A stretch of DNA of 64,000 bases, taken from sequence record NC_048045.1; one strand, written 5' to 3'. Positions 1 to 8,343 of this stretch are shown in pieces; position 1 is the stretch's first letter; every line of letters starts with the position of its first letter. A program made the translations under genes and the position numbers. Below the pieces are notes generated by a model. The model had not been told where the DNA came from and did not search any database. It saw nothing but the letters and a program-made list of their open reading frames with translations.

Positions 1-2
1 GG

Positions 3-779
3 GCGCTCGGCGAAGTTTTGTGGGACTACTATGACTTGCATTACTTCAAACGGAAGCGCTCCGAGTGGAAGTACCAAAGATTTGCTTTGGTTTATCAACA
101 ACTTGCGGACGCGGCCTCGGACACGTCCATCGCGTCTAAGTTCCAGACCTATACGCACCTGCCGCATCTGGAGCCCAAGACCCTCAAGGCGCGCATGGAT
201 GCGGGGCATGTCGACGATCGCGGCCGGCCGATCCCGGACCGCAAGGAGCACTTCCGCCGGGTCGTGACCTCGGTCGACGCGGCTCAGAAAAAGGGCGCGC
301 GCAACGACTACACGGTCGTCCAGGTGTGGGGCGAGACCCACGATCGCAAGCACTACCTGATCTACCAGGAGCGCAAGAAGGTCGAGATCAACGACCTGAT
401 CGAGATGGTCGAGCGCATCTCCAAGCGCTTCGACGTCGACTCGATCCTGGTCGAAGACAAGGGCAACGGCACCGCCTACATCCAGGCGCGGGGCCAGACC
501 GACAGCCAGCGCCGGCTCGCGCCGGCCCCGATCGAGGCGATCCAGGTCCCCAGCACCTACTCCAAGGAGTTCCGCTTCAACGAGGTCATCCCGATGATCG
601 AGGCGCAAGAGGTCTACCTGCCTGACAAGGCGCCGTGGCTGGACCTGTTCATCCGCGAAGTCGGGCAGTTCCCCGAAGGCGCCCACGATGACCAAGTCGA
701 CGCCATGACGCAGTACCTCCGCTGGGCCAAGTCCAAGCGCTCGCGGTTCGGCGCGCGCAAGGTCGGCTCGATGGGCTGA
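3..779 (+). CDS. terL: Terminase large subunit, C-terminal nuclease domain (5' truncated by window edge)
   Basis: Frame open from position 3; Terminase_6C-type motifs TSVDAAQK..NDYTVVQVWG, LVEDKGNG, FPEGAHDDQVDAMTQ. Confidence 0.9.
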   Translation, partial: ALGEVLWDYYDLHYFKRKRSEWKYQRFALVYQQLADAASDTSIASKFQTYTHLPHLEPKTLKARMDAGHVDDRGRPIPDRKEHFRRVVTSVDAAQKKGARNDYTVVQVWGETHDRKHYLIYQERKKVEINDLIEMVERISKRFDVDSILVEDKGNGTAYIQARGQTDSQRRLAPAPIEAIQVPSTYSKEFRFNEVIPMIEAQEVYLPDKAPWLDLFIREVGQFPEGAHDDQVDAMTQYLRWAKSKRSRFGARKVGSMG

Positions 780-805
780 TTAACCATCTTCGTTCACCCT
801 GTCCG

Positions 806-975
806 GGCCTGTTAACCTTAACACACCGAGGGTTAACAGGCCAGGGACCCATCGAAATTAACCCTTGGGGACCCAGGGGAATCGTCAGCCGGGGACCCTG
901 GGAAATTAACCCTTGGGGACCCACCAAAATCAACCTTCGGGGACCCTAGCAAATCGTGGCTCGGGGACCCTGGCA
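806..975. repeat. 12-bp inverted repeat plus six GGGGACCC units at a 24-bp period
   Basis: GGCCTGTTAACC 806-817 / GGTTAACAGGCC 831-842; (G/A)GGGACCC at 843, 867, 891, 915, 939, 963. Confidence 0.9.
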
Positions 976-991
976 AATCAAGGAGCCGGCG

Positions 992-1225
992 ATGGCCGAA
1001 CTCATGTCTCTGATGGCCAGCGCCGCGCCGTTCCTGCTGCTGGCGATCGTCGTCTACCACGCCCTGGAGGCCTTCTGGGCGATCAGCCTGTGGGTCTACG
1101 GCCTGCGCACCCTGTGGAAGCTCCACCGCGACGACGTCAGCGAGGCCCTGACCCTGGAGCGGGCCTTGAGCCCCTTCTCCAGCCCTGGCCGCGACCGCAA
1201 CGGCAATCCTGTCCCGCCGGCCTGA
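992..1225 (+). CDS. Small membrane protein, hypothetical
   Basis: AGGAG SD at 981; hydrophobic N-terminal helix. Confidence 0.7.
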   Translation: MAELMSLMASAAPFLLLAIVVYHALEAFWAISLWVYGLRTLWKLHRDDVSEALTLERALSPFSSPGRDRNGNPVPPA

Positions 1226-1297
1226 CGACCTATGTCACGGACTGTAGGTTTCATGACAAGGTGGATTATTCCACAACGAAATCAAAGGCTTATCGCC

Positions 1298-1546
1298 ATG
1301 TCGATCCGCGCGTTCCTCCACGATCTGGCTGTCCGCTTCGTCGTTTTGGGGTGGATTTTTGCTCAAAAACCCCAGAAATGGGCTCCAAAAGGGCATAATT
1401 TTCAGCCCATCCCGCCGGCCCAGGTCGAGCGGCAGGACCTCCGGGGGCGCGTGCTCCTCCTGAGGAGCTTCGGCGTCCTCGCCGCCGCATGCACAACCAT
1501 GGGCCTGTGTCAATACCTGCTCTGGTGCCGCGCGGCCATGTCATAG
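1298..1546 (+). CDS. Hypothetical protein
   Basis: ORF MSIRAFLHDLAVRF..., hydrophobic stretches. Confidence 0.5.
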   Translation: MSIRAFLHDLAVRFVVLGWIFAQKPQKWAPKGHNFQPIPPAQVERQDLRGRVLLLRSFGVLAAACTTMGLCQYLLWCRAAMS

Positions 1547-1593
1547 ACTAGGGCTTTCGTGACAGCTTCACGATCCCGTTACCGGACAACCCC

Positions 1594-1749
1594 ATGCCCC
1601 ACCTCGGTTTCTGGCTCTCCGCCGCCTGCATCGCCCTGGCCTGGGCGATCTGGGCCGGCGCCCGCGTGATCCGCCACGACCGTGCCCGCAGGGCCGCCTT
1701 TGGGCGCCTGGGCCGGCTCACCGCCCGCACCCATATGCGTCATATATGA
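1594..1749 (+). CDS. Small membrane protein, hypothetical (51 aa)
   Basis: Hand-translated MPHLGFWLSAACIALAWAIWAG...; TM helix then basic tail. Confidence 0.5.
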   Translation: MPHLGFWLSAACIALAWAIWAGARVIRHDRARRAAFGRLGRLTARTHMRHI

Positions 1750-1826
1750 GCCCTTAGCCCCTCTAAGGTCTCATATATGCGACCTTACGGTCCTCTTGAC
1801 GCCCTCGTGTTCCTCTGAACGCGGGG

Positions 1827-1955
1827 GCGTTTTGACGTCGGCGCATTTCCAACTCAACGCGGGAGCGTTTTGACGTCCGAGCGTTTTGACGCGAGCGCAT
1901 TTTCGATTCGACGGGCGAGCGTTTTGACGTCCGAACGTTTTTCAACTTGACGTCG
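1827..1955. repeat. GCGTTTTGACG direct repeats
   Basis: Exact copies at 1827, 1865, 1881, 1919, interleaved with GCGCATTT at 1841 and 1895. Confidence 0.9.
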
Positions 1956-1977
1956 TTTCATTTACCACGAGCGCCTT

Positions 1978-2140
1978 AGGGTTAACCGCCGAGCCTGGGA
2001 AGGGTTAAGGCCCGTTAACCATGTTTGTTAACCCTCATACCATTAACCTATCACCCGTTAAGGTTAACGCGCCAGACCCATTAACCCTTAGCGTGTTAAG
2101 GTTAACGCCCCGGCCCAGGCGCCCGGCGTTAACCTTAACG
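1978..2140. repeat. Cluster of about 12 TTAA/GTTAAC sites
   Basis: Dense TTAAC/GTTAA words in 160 bp of intergenic DNA. Confidence 0.8.
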
Positions 2141-2157
2141 GCGCGTCCCCGGCCCAG

Positions 2158-2197
2158 GTCATACCCGGTAGGGCCGTCAGGCCCTACCGGGTATGAC
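2158..2197. repeat. Perfect 18-bp inverted repeat with 4-nt loop
   Basis: GTCATACCCGGTAGGGCC-GTCA-GGCCCTACCGGGTATGAC. Confidence 0.95.
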
Positions 2198-2247
2198 TCC
2201 GCTGGCCAGCGCCAGCCGGCGAGCCCGGCGCCGATTTTCTTTCGGCG

Positions 2248-2280
2248 TTTACTTTTTGTTAAGAATTGGGCTCTAGTGTC
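2248..2280 (+). promoter_or_regulatory. CtrA-box early promoter (one mismatch)
   Basis: TTTA-N7-TTAA followed by TAGTGT. Confidence 0.7.
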
Positions 2281-2322
2281 CTCCTTGCCGGCGCACTTCC
2301 GCGCCGTCTGGAGAACGCCCGC

Positions 2323-2511
2323 ATGATCCCGGCCGAAGTGCTGAACCCCCGCGAGCACTGGACTCCCGTCGCCACCCGCGACGAGGCGGAGTCCATCGCC
2401 ACCGCCTGCAACGCTTCCGACGACGTCGGCCGCTACTACGTCGAGCCCAAGGGCGCGGCCTTCGCCGTGGCCTATGACGACGAGTCCGGCGCGTTCGTCG
2501 CTTACCTCTAG
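2323..2511 (+). CDS. Early hypothetical protein
   Basis: GGAG SD, ATG 2323. Confidence 0.7.
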   Translation: MIPAEVLNPREHWTPVATRDEAESIATACNASDDVGRYYVEPKGAAFAVAYDDESGAFVAYL

Positions 2512-2527
2512 TCCTGGAGCCTTCGCC

Positions 2528-2815
2528 ATGTCTCGACTCACCGGCTACAACGTCAACGGAACCGGGTTCAAGGGCGGGGCGGTTCCGCCCGTCCCCGCCC
2601 AAGGCATGACCGGCCACGCCGACGGGCTGAACCTTTGGGTTCCGGCGCGCGAGCATGTCGCCGCGCTCTTGCCGCACCGCTGGCGCGCCGCCTTCGCCCG
2701 CGCCGTGTTTTGGTACGACAAACACGACAACGCCAAGCCGGCGCGCGCCGACCTCTACGACTCGCGCGGCCGGTACCTGACTCAGGTCTGGGCGCATCCG
2801 GTTTTCGCCGATTAA
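2528..2815 (+). CDS. Early hypothetical protein
   Basis: GGAG SD, ATG 2528. Confidence 0.7.
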   Translation: MSRLTGYNVNGTGFKGGAVPPVPAQGMTGHADGLNLWVPAREHVAALLPHRWRAAFARAVFWYDKHDNAKPARADLYDSRGRYLTQVWAHPVFAD

Positions 2816-2845
2816 CGTTTTGTTAAGACTTGGCCTCTAAACAGG
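2812..2845 (+). promoter_or_regulatory. CtrA-box early promoter
   Basis: TTAA-CGTTTTG-TTAA matches the CtrA consensus TTAA-N7-TTAA. Confidence 0.8.
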
Positions 2846-2876
2846 GGTCAAGTCCAACCCCTGGAGGCCCTGCCCC

Positions 2877-3416
2877 ATGTCCGCTATCGAAACCGTCAAC
2901 CTCTCGCGTGGCCGTGTTCTCACGGTCGAAATCGACGACTGCGCCCAAGAGCCCTACGCCGACGACAAGGGCGTGCGAATCGTCGTCCTGCATCGCCATT
3001 GGACGAACCCCGCCGCCGGCCTGCTGGACACCGTCGAGGACGTCCAAGCCTTCGAGGCGGAGAACGACGCGCCCGACTCCGAATGGGCGATCTTTGAGCT
3101 ATGGGTGATGGACCATAGCGGCCGGACCTTCAAGGCCGGCGCTCTGGGCGCCGGAAACCCGTTCGGCGCCGGACCCTACGCGCAATGGGATAGCGGCCGG
3201 GTCGGAGTCATCGCCCTGGCGCGCGCCGAGTGGCCCGCCGCCGACCTCAAGACCGCCCAAGGCGTCGCCGACACCTACGGCGCATGGGCCGAAGGCGAGG
3301 TTTACCAATTCGTCATTTCGAACCGCCGGGGCGACGTGCTCGACTCGTGCGGCGGGTTCTACAGCGTCGCCGAAGCCCTGGCCACCGGCCGGCAGGAAGC
3401 GAAGGTGAAGGCGTGA
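2877..3416 (+). CDS. Early hypothetical protein
   Basis: GGAGG SD; 179-aa ORF. Confidence 0.8.
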   Translation: MSAIETVNLSRGRVLTVEIDDCAQEPYADDKGVRIVVLHRHWTNPAAGLLDTVEDVQAFEAENDAPDSEWAIFELWVMDHSGRTFKAGALGAGNPFGAGPYAQWDSGRVGVIALARAEWPAADLKTAQGVADTYGAWAEGEVYQFVISNRRGDVLDSCGGFYSVAEALATGRQEAKVKA

Positions 3417-3607
3417 GGGTCGCCCGCGAAAGCTTCGCCGTGTTCTGGACCCGTCCCGGCTGGCGCGTCCAGTTTCACGCCGACATGAAACGGGCGCTGT
3501 ACCCGACCGCCAAGGCCGCCGCCGACGCCTTCGCCGCCATGTTCCCGGCTGATCAGGTCAAGAGCGTGCGCGACGGCTCCGGCCGCTTCCTGGCCTTCAA
3601 GCGCTAG
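3413..3607 (+). CDS. Early hypothetical protein
   Basis: GTGA overlap with upstream stop. Confidence 0.6.
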   Translation: MRVARESFAVFWTRPGWRVQFHADMKRALYPTAKAAADAFAAMFPADQVKSVRDGSGRFLAFKR

Positions 3608-3611
3608 ACCA

Positions 3612-3648
3612 GACGCCCCGGAATCTTTTTCCGGGGCGTTTACTTTTT
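3612..3648 (+). terminator. Intrinsic terminator overlapping the next CtrA box
   Basis: GACGCCCCGGAA/TTCCGGGGCGTT stem plus T-run. Confidence 0.75.
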
Positions 3649-3700
3649 GTTAAGAGTTTGCCTGATAGTGTCCCCTTGCCGCCGGGCAATCCCGCCCGCC
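3639..3700 (+). promoter_or_regulatory. CtrA-box early promoter with conserved leader hairpin
   Basis: TTTA-N7-TTAA, TAGTGT, then CGGGCAATCCCG. Confidence 0.75.
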
Positions 3701-3723
3701 GGCCTTCGTTAGGATCGCACCGC

Positions 3724-4722
3724 ATGACCTCTCACGCCATGGTCGCCCATCGTTGGGCTCAAGACGACGAGAACGCCCGCAACGTCAAGGGCTTCAACAT
3801 GTATTTCGAGCGTTACGGGCGCGGCCCGGACGCGGTCAACGTCATCTTTTCGTATGGGACTCACTTTCCGGCCGCCGCCTTCGTGACCGATGAGCACGGC
3901 CGCCGCGTGGTCCTGATCACCACGAAAGGTTACAGCGTCTCGACCTCTAAGCACATGTCGCACATCCGCCGGGCGATCCCGTCGGGCGTGCCGGTCTTCC
4001 ACGTGCCGCACGTCTCGCGCATGCACAAGCCGGGCGGTTCGTCCGACTTCCACGCCGTCAACCTCGAATCCTACCTCAAGGCCGTCGCCGACACCGCCGC
4101 CAAGGCCAAGCGCGCCCGGACCAATGGCCCTTGGCTGCTGTCGCAGGCCCGCGAAGCTCTGGAGGAAGCCAAGGCTTACGCCGCCGCCTTCAAGCTCAAG
4201 ACCAAGGTTCCGGCCAATCTGGAGGATGTGGCCGGCGCATGGGCGAAGATGACCGCCGCCAAGGCCAAGGCCGAAGCCAAGGCCCGCAAGGAGGCCGAAA
4301 AGCGCGCCCGTGAGGCCGCCGAACAAGCCAAGATGCGCGACGCCGACGCCTTCGCCCGTTGGCAAGCTGGCGAGGGCTATCAAGCCCCCTACAGCTACCG
4401 CACCCGCGACGACGGAACGGTTTACCTCCGCCGCGTCGGGGACGAACTGCAAACCTCGCAAGGCGCAACCGTGCCTTGGGAACACGCGGTTAAGGCCTTC
4501 CGGTTCATCAAGCTTTGCCGTGAACGCGGCGAGGGCTTCAAGACCAATGGGCGGGTTATCCGCGTGGGTCACTTCACCGTCGACTCCATCACCCCGGCCG
4601 GGGACATGGTGGCCGGTTGCCACCGGTTCGCGTGGTCGGAAATCGAACGCCTCGCGCGCGCCGAAGGGGTCCTAGACCTCGCGCCGGCCGCCGACGCCGT
4701 CGAGAGCCGCGAGCACGCCTAA
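3724..4722 (+). CDS. Early hypothetical protein (332 aa, coiled-coil centre)
   Basis: Long ORF, AGGA SD. Confidence 0.85.
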   Translation: MTSHAMVAHRWAQDDENARNVKGFNMYFERYGRGPDAVNVIFSYGTHFPAAAFVTDEHGRRVVLITTKGYSVSTSKHMSHIRRAIPSGVPVFHVPHVSRMHKPGGSSDFHAVNLESYLKAVADTAAKAKRARTNGPWLLSQAREALEEAKAYAAAFKLKTKVPANLEDVAGAWAKMTAAKAKAEAKARKEAEKRAREAAEQAKMRDADAFARWQAGEGYQAPYSYRTRDDGTVYLRRVGDELQTSQGATVPWEHAVKAFRFIKLCRERGEGFKTNGRVIRVGHFTVDSITPAGDMVAGCHRFAWSEIERLARAEGVLDLAPAADAVESREHA

Positions 4723-4727
4723 CACCC

Positions 4728-4760
4728 AAGGCCGCGCCACCCTGGCGCGGCCTTTCTTTT
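4728..4760 (+). terminator. Intrinsic terminator
   Basis: AAGGCCGCGCC/GGCGCGGCCTT plus TCTTTT. Confidence 0.8.
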
Positions 4761-4771
4761 CCGTGTACGCG

Positions 4772-4830
4772 TTAACTTCTTGTTAAGACTTTAGGCCTAG
4801 TGTCCTCTTGCGGCCGGGCAATCCCGCCCC
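4772..4830 (+). promoter_or_regulatory. CtrA-box early promoter with leader hairpin
   Basis: TTAA-CTTCTTG-TTAA, TAGTGT, CGGGCAATCCCG. Confidence 0.8.
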
Positions 4831-4850
4831 GCCGCCCTGGATCAAGTCCG

Positions 4851-5198
4851 ATGCAAAACGTCCCCGTTGGTCACCGCTTCACCCGCTACGGCCAAACCTA
4901 CGTTGTCCGCCCTGGCCTGCGCTATGTGCCGGAGGCGCAAGCCGCCGACGCCTCGCGCCGGGGCTGGACCCTGCAAAACTCCGACCTCAAGGCCTTGTTG
5001 GGCTGGACGCCGAAGCTTCCCCGCGACGCCGTCGCCCCGGTCATGGTCGGGAACGTGTCGGTTTACGTTCTGAGCGCGGCCGAAGCCGCCGCCCGCAAGC
5101 CGAAGAATAACCGGCCGCACCGCGTGACGGCGGTTTGTCCCGGATGCGCCGCCCATGTGCCCGCCGGGCGCATTGGTCAGCACAAGTGCAAGGCCTAA
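4851..5198 (+). CDS. Early protein with a possible C-terminal zinc finger
   Basis: CPGC-x9-HKC at the C-terminus. Confidence 0.7.
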   Translation: MQNVPVGHRFTRYGQTYVVRPGLRYVPEAQAADASRRGWTLQNSDLKALLGWTPKLPRDAVAPVMVGNVSVYVLSAAEAAARKPKNNRPHRVTAVCPGCAAHVPAGRIGQHKCKA

Positions 5199-5259
5199 CC
5201 CCTTTCCCCCTTCCCTGCCCCGGCCGCGCGCCGGGGCGCCCTCTCTGGAGATTTTCCCC

Positions 5260-5880
5260 ATGGCCCGCCTGATCAAAGCCAAGACCGCCGCCGAACAAGC
5301 CGAAGCCCTCGCCAGCCTGCGCAAGATGATCAAGCCGGGCGACACGGTTTATCCCGTGCTTCGCCACGTCTCGACCTCCGGCATGATGCGGGTCATTGAC
5401 CTGATTATCCCGGTCACCGTCACCCAAACCGACACCTTGCCGGCCGATGCGCGCGGCTTCAAGATCGGCGTTCAAGCCTATGCGACCCCGCCGGAGCGCA
5501 ACGCCCCCCGCGCCTTCTCAACCGGTACGGTTTCGGCTTTCGACGCCGACACCGTGACCATTGCCTATCAGGCCACCGCCGACGGCCGGGGCGACGCGGA
5601 GTCGGTGACGTGGCCCCGTGGTCAGGTCAAGTTCTACCGCAAGAGCACGCGCCCCGGCGTCCGCTCGATCGGCTGGCTTGCCGCGAAGGCCATGGGCGAC
5701 ACTTTCGACGCCGACCGCCAAGGAATCAAGGTCGGCGGGTGCGGTATGGATATGGGCTTTCACCTCGTTTACAGCCTGGGCCGCACCTTGTGGCCGAAGG
5801 GGACGAAAAAGCCCCATGGCTCGCGCAATGGCGAGCCCGACCGCGACGGCGGTTATGCGCTGAAACATTCCTGGCTTTAA
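5260..5880 (+). CDS. Early hypothetical protein
   Basis: GGAG SD; 206 aa. Confidence 0.8.
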   Translation: MARLIKAKTAAEQAEALASLRKMIKPGDTVYPVLRHVSTSGMMRVIDLIIPVTVTQTDTLPADARGFKIGVQAYATPPERNAPRAFSTGTVSAFDADTVTIAYQATADGRGDAESVTWPRGQVKFYRKSTRPGVRSIGWLAAKAMGDTFDADRQGIKVGGCGMDMGFHLVYSLGRTLWPKGTKKPHGSRNGEPDRDGGYALKHSWL

Positions 5881-5935
5881 CTTTTTGTTAAGAGTTTAGC
5901 CGCTAATGTCTCCTTGCGGCCGGGCAATCCCGCCC
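5877..5935 (+). promoter_or_regulatory. CtrA-box early promoter with leader hairpin
   Basis: TTAA-CTTTTTG-TTAA, TAATGT, CGGGCAATCCCG. Confidence 0.8.
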
Positions 5936-5958
5936 GGCCGCACTGGAAAGCCAAGCCC

Positions 5959-6231
5959 ATGACCCGCGCTCAAGCCCTCGCCGAAATGAACGCCCTCCCC
6001 GGTATCATCGCCTCTTTCGAGCGCGAGACGGGCGAATATCGCGTCACCCTGCGCTTTGGCCCCCTGCCGGGCGGCCGGGGCGCTCAAGAGTGGATGCACA
6101 AGCGCCGCGAAGCCGTCGCCAGCTACAGCGACGACAAGGCCGACGCCCTGGCCACCGCCCGCGACATGTCGGCCCGCTGGGAAGCCATGACGCCCGCGCA
6201 ACGTGATCACCTGTACCGCCACCCCGCGTAA
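5959..6231 (+). CDS. Early hypothetical protein
   Basis: ORF directly downstream of the promoter. Confidence 0.7.
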   Translation: MTRAQALAEMNALPGIIASFERETGEYRVTLRFGPLPGGRGAQEWMHKRREAVASYSDDKADALATARDMSARWEAMTPAQRDHLYRHPA

Positions 6232-6260
6232 CCCTTCCTTAAGACCTCGCCGCCTAGGGT
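6228..6260 (+). promoter_or_regulatory. Degenerate CtrA-box promoter
   Basis: GTAA-N7-TTAA then TAGGGT. Confidence 0.55.
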
Positions 6261-6295
6261 GGCGGGGTCATCAACCCCCGCAAGGATCGCCCGAC

Positions 6296-6574
6296 ATGCG
6301 CAAGCCCCTCACCCAAGAGCAAAAGGCCCGCCGCCGCGTCCAACGTCGCGCCGCCCGCCTCGCCTGGAGCGACGAACGCCGCGCGGCCGAATACGCCCGC
6401 CAATCGCGCTTTTTCCTGATGATCGCCGAACGCGCCCAAGCGGCGGGCGACGCCAAGGAAGCCGCCCGCCTCGCCACCGTCGCCCAACGCAAGGTCACTA
6501 ACTGGCGCATGGCGCAAGCCTGCGCTCGAATCAACGCCCTGGCGGTTCACGCCTGGGCTTCCGTCGCCGCCTAA
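6296..6574 (+). CDS. Early Arg/Ala-rich hypothetical protein
   Basis: AAGGA SD. Confidence 0.7.
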   Translation: MRKPLTQEQKARRRVQRRAARLAWSDERRAAEYARQSRFFLMIAERAQAAGDAKEAARLATVAQRKVTNWRMAQACARINALAVHAWASVAA

Positions 6575-6586
6575 GGAGCCGCAACC

Positions 6587-6910
6587 ATGCCCCCGATGAC
6601 TCACCCTCACGCCCTGGCCTTGATCGCGCTCGCCGAAAAGGTCTTGCCCCTGACCCGGCTGGACCCGCTGAATCAGCGCGCCGCCGCTGTCGACCTGATC
6701 GGCGATCTTTACAGCCTCGCCGACTCCATCGACGCCACCGCCGGCCACTTGGTCGAGGCCGTCAACGGCGCCTTGCGCGACGGTTGCGAGGGCTACGCGC
6801 CCAAGAGCCGCGCCGCCGCCGCTGTCGCCACCGTCCGCGCCGACGAACTGCGCTCCGCCCTGGAGGCGTACACCGAAGCCGCCGCCCTGGCCCTGCCGAA
6901 GGTCGCCTAA
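6587..6910 (+). CDS. Early hypothetical protein
   Basis: AAGGAG SD. Confidence 0.75.
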   Translation: MPPMTHPHALALIALAEKVLPLTRLDPLNQRAAAVDLIGDLYSLADSIDATAGHLVEAVNGALRDGCEGYAPKSRAAAAVATVRADELRSALEAYTEAAALALPKVA

Positions 6911-6913
6911 GCC

Positions 6914-7582
6914 ATGTCGCAACGCTACCGCCTCGCGCCCTCCGCCCGCGTCTCCAAGACGCTTTCGGACCTGCTTTATGCGGCGTCGGAAGTCGTCGCC
7001 ACGGCGGCGCAATATGAGACGACGCCCGCCGGTCAAACCAAGCTCGCCAAGATGCGCGGCGACCTGATCACCGAAAGCGCCGGCGCCCTTGTGCGCAAGC
7101 CGCCTAGCGCCGTCCTCGCAACCCTCGTTTGGGTTGTCGAACTGGCGCAAGCCCGCGCCACGGAAAACGACTTCGGCAACGCCCAAGAGGCGCTGGACGA
7201 ACACGACGCCTTAGCGTTCGTCGCCGATTGGCTGGAAGCCGAAGGCCTGGACGTGAGCGACATTCGCGGCGCCGCGCCCTCGGCCGAAGCCTTGGCCGAA
7301 CTCGTCGCCCGCCGCGACGCCGAACAAGAGGCGCTGGACGCCCTAGAGCGCCCCGTTCCCCTCATCGCGTCGGATAAGGCCTATGCGCTCGCCGAAGTCT
7401 TCGGCGGGCTGATCCCGGCCGCCCTGGCGTTGGGCTATGAATTCCACGTCAGGCCCGACGGGCTCGCCCCGCCGCACTACGTCAGCCGCAACGGCGTTCC
7501 CGTCGCCGCGTACTACGCCGACAAGGAAGCGCTCGCGCTGGACACCCTCGCCATTCACATCGACCAAGCCAAGGAGGCCTGA
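6914..7582 (+). CDS. Early hypothetical protein
   Basis: 222-aa ORF tightly packed with neighbours. Confidence 0.8.
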   Translation: MSQRYRLAPSARVSKTLSDLLYAASEVVATAAQYETTPAGQTKLAKMRGDLITESAGALVRKPPSAVLATLVWVVELAQARATENDFGNAQEALDEHDALAFVADWLEAEGLDVSDIRGAAPSAEALAELVARRDAEQEALDALERPVPLIASDKAYALAEVFGGLIPAALALGYEFHVRPDGLAPPHYVSRNGVPVAAYYADKEALALDTLAIHIDQAKEA

Positions 7583-7585
7583 GCC

Positions 7586-8074
7586 GTGCGCACCGTGACC
7601 CGCAACGCCGACCCCGCGAAGATCATCGGCGGCTATCTCATGAGCGCGCAACGCTCCGGCGCCCTGACCTCGTCAGACGAGGTTATCGCCACGCTAGAGG
7701 CGGCCGGCTACGTCATCGCCCGCCGCCGCGACGTCTTCACCGATGAGGGCCAAAAGCTGGGCGACGTCCTGGCGGCGCTTTATGACGCCGTCCCGAATTC
7801 GGCCGTCCGAACCCAACGCCTCGCCGACGCCCTCAAGCCGGCTTGCGCGTTCGTCTATCAGCCCCGGTTCCGGGTTGTGCTGGAAGCCGCGCCCGGCGCG
7901 CGCCTGACCGACTGCGAAACTGGCGCTTGCGTCTATTTCCAGCCGGGCGACGACGCCGACACCTTCCGCGAAGAGTTCGGCCCGTGGGTGCGCGACGACG
8001 TCCCCGATACGGCCGAAGGTCAGGCCCTGGCGTCGATGATGAACCCGACGGCGGAAGAGTATTTCTCCGGCTAA
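7586..8074 (+). CDS. Early hypothetical protein
   Basis: AAGGAGG SD, GTG start. Confidence 0.75.
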   Translation: MRTVTRNADPAKIIGGYLMSAQRSGALTSSDEVIATLEAAGYVIARRRDVFTDEGQKLGDVLAALYDAVPNSAVRTQRLADALKPACAFVYQPRFRVVLEAAPGARLTDCETGACVYFQPGDDADTFREEFGPWVRDDVPDTAEGQALASMMNPTAEEYFSG

Positions 8075-8255
8075 GTCATCAAACCTACCGTCTATGACAT
8101 GTCACGGGCTGAATACTTGGCCCGTGACGACTTCCCCTAGTAAAGCTCACGCCTGTTTTCGTGACATAGCACAAGGAACTGAAATCGTTGGAAAAACTCC
8201 TAGAGGGTCACAAAGTTCTGGTTTGGCTGCTGCTGCTGGCCTGCCTCTGGCGCTT

Positions 8256-8315
8256 TTAACCCTTTGTTAAGACTTTACCCGCTAGGGTGATCTTGCGGCC
8301 GGGCAATCCCGCCCC
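8256..8315 (+). promoter_or_regulatory. CtrA-box early promoter with leader hairpin
   Basis: TTAA-CCCTTTG-TTAA, TAGGGT, CGGGCAATCCCG. Confidence 0.8.
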
Positions 8316-8343
8316 GCCGCCTTCCTTCTCTGGAGCCGCTACC

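Noticed and set aside
3-779. Intein or intron in the terminase
   Set aside because: No splice motifs in the visible C-terminal part; the N-terminus is outside the window
843-1955. CRISPR array
   Set aside because: Repeats are 8-24 bp with no unique 30-40 bp spacers and no cas genes
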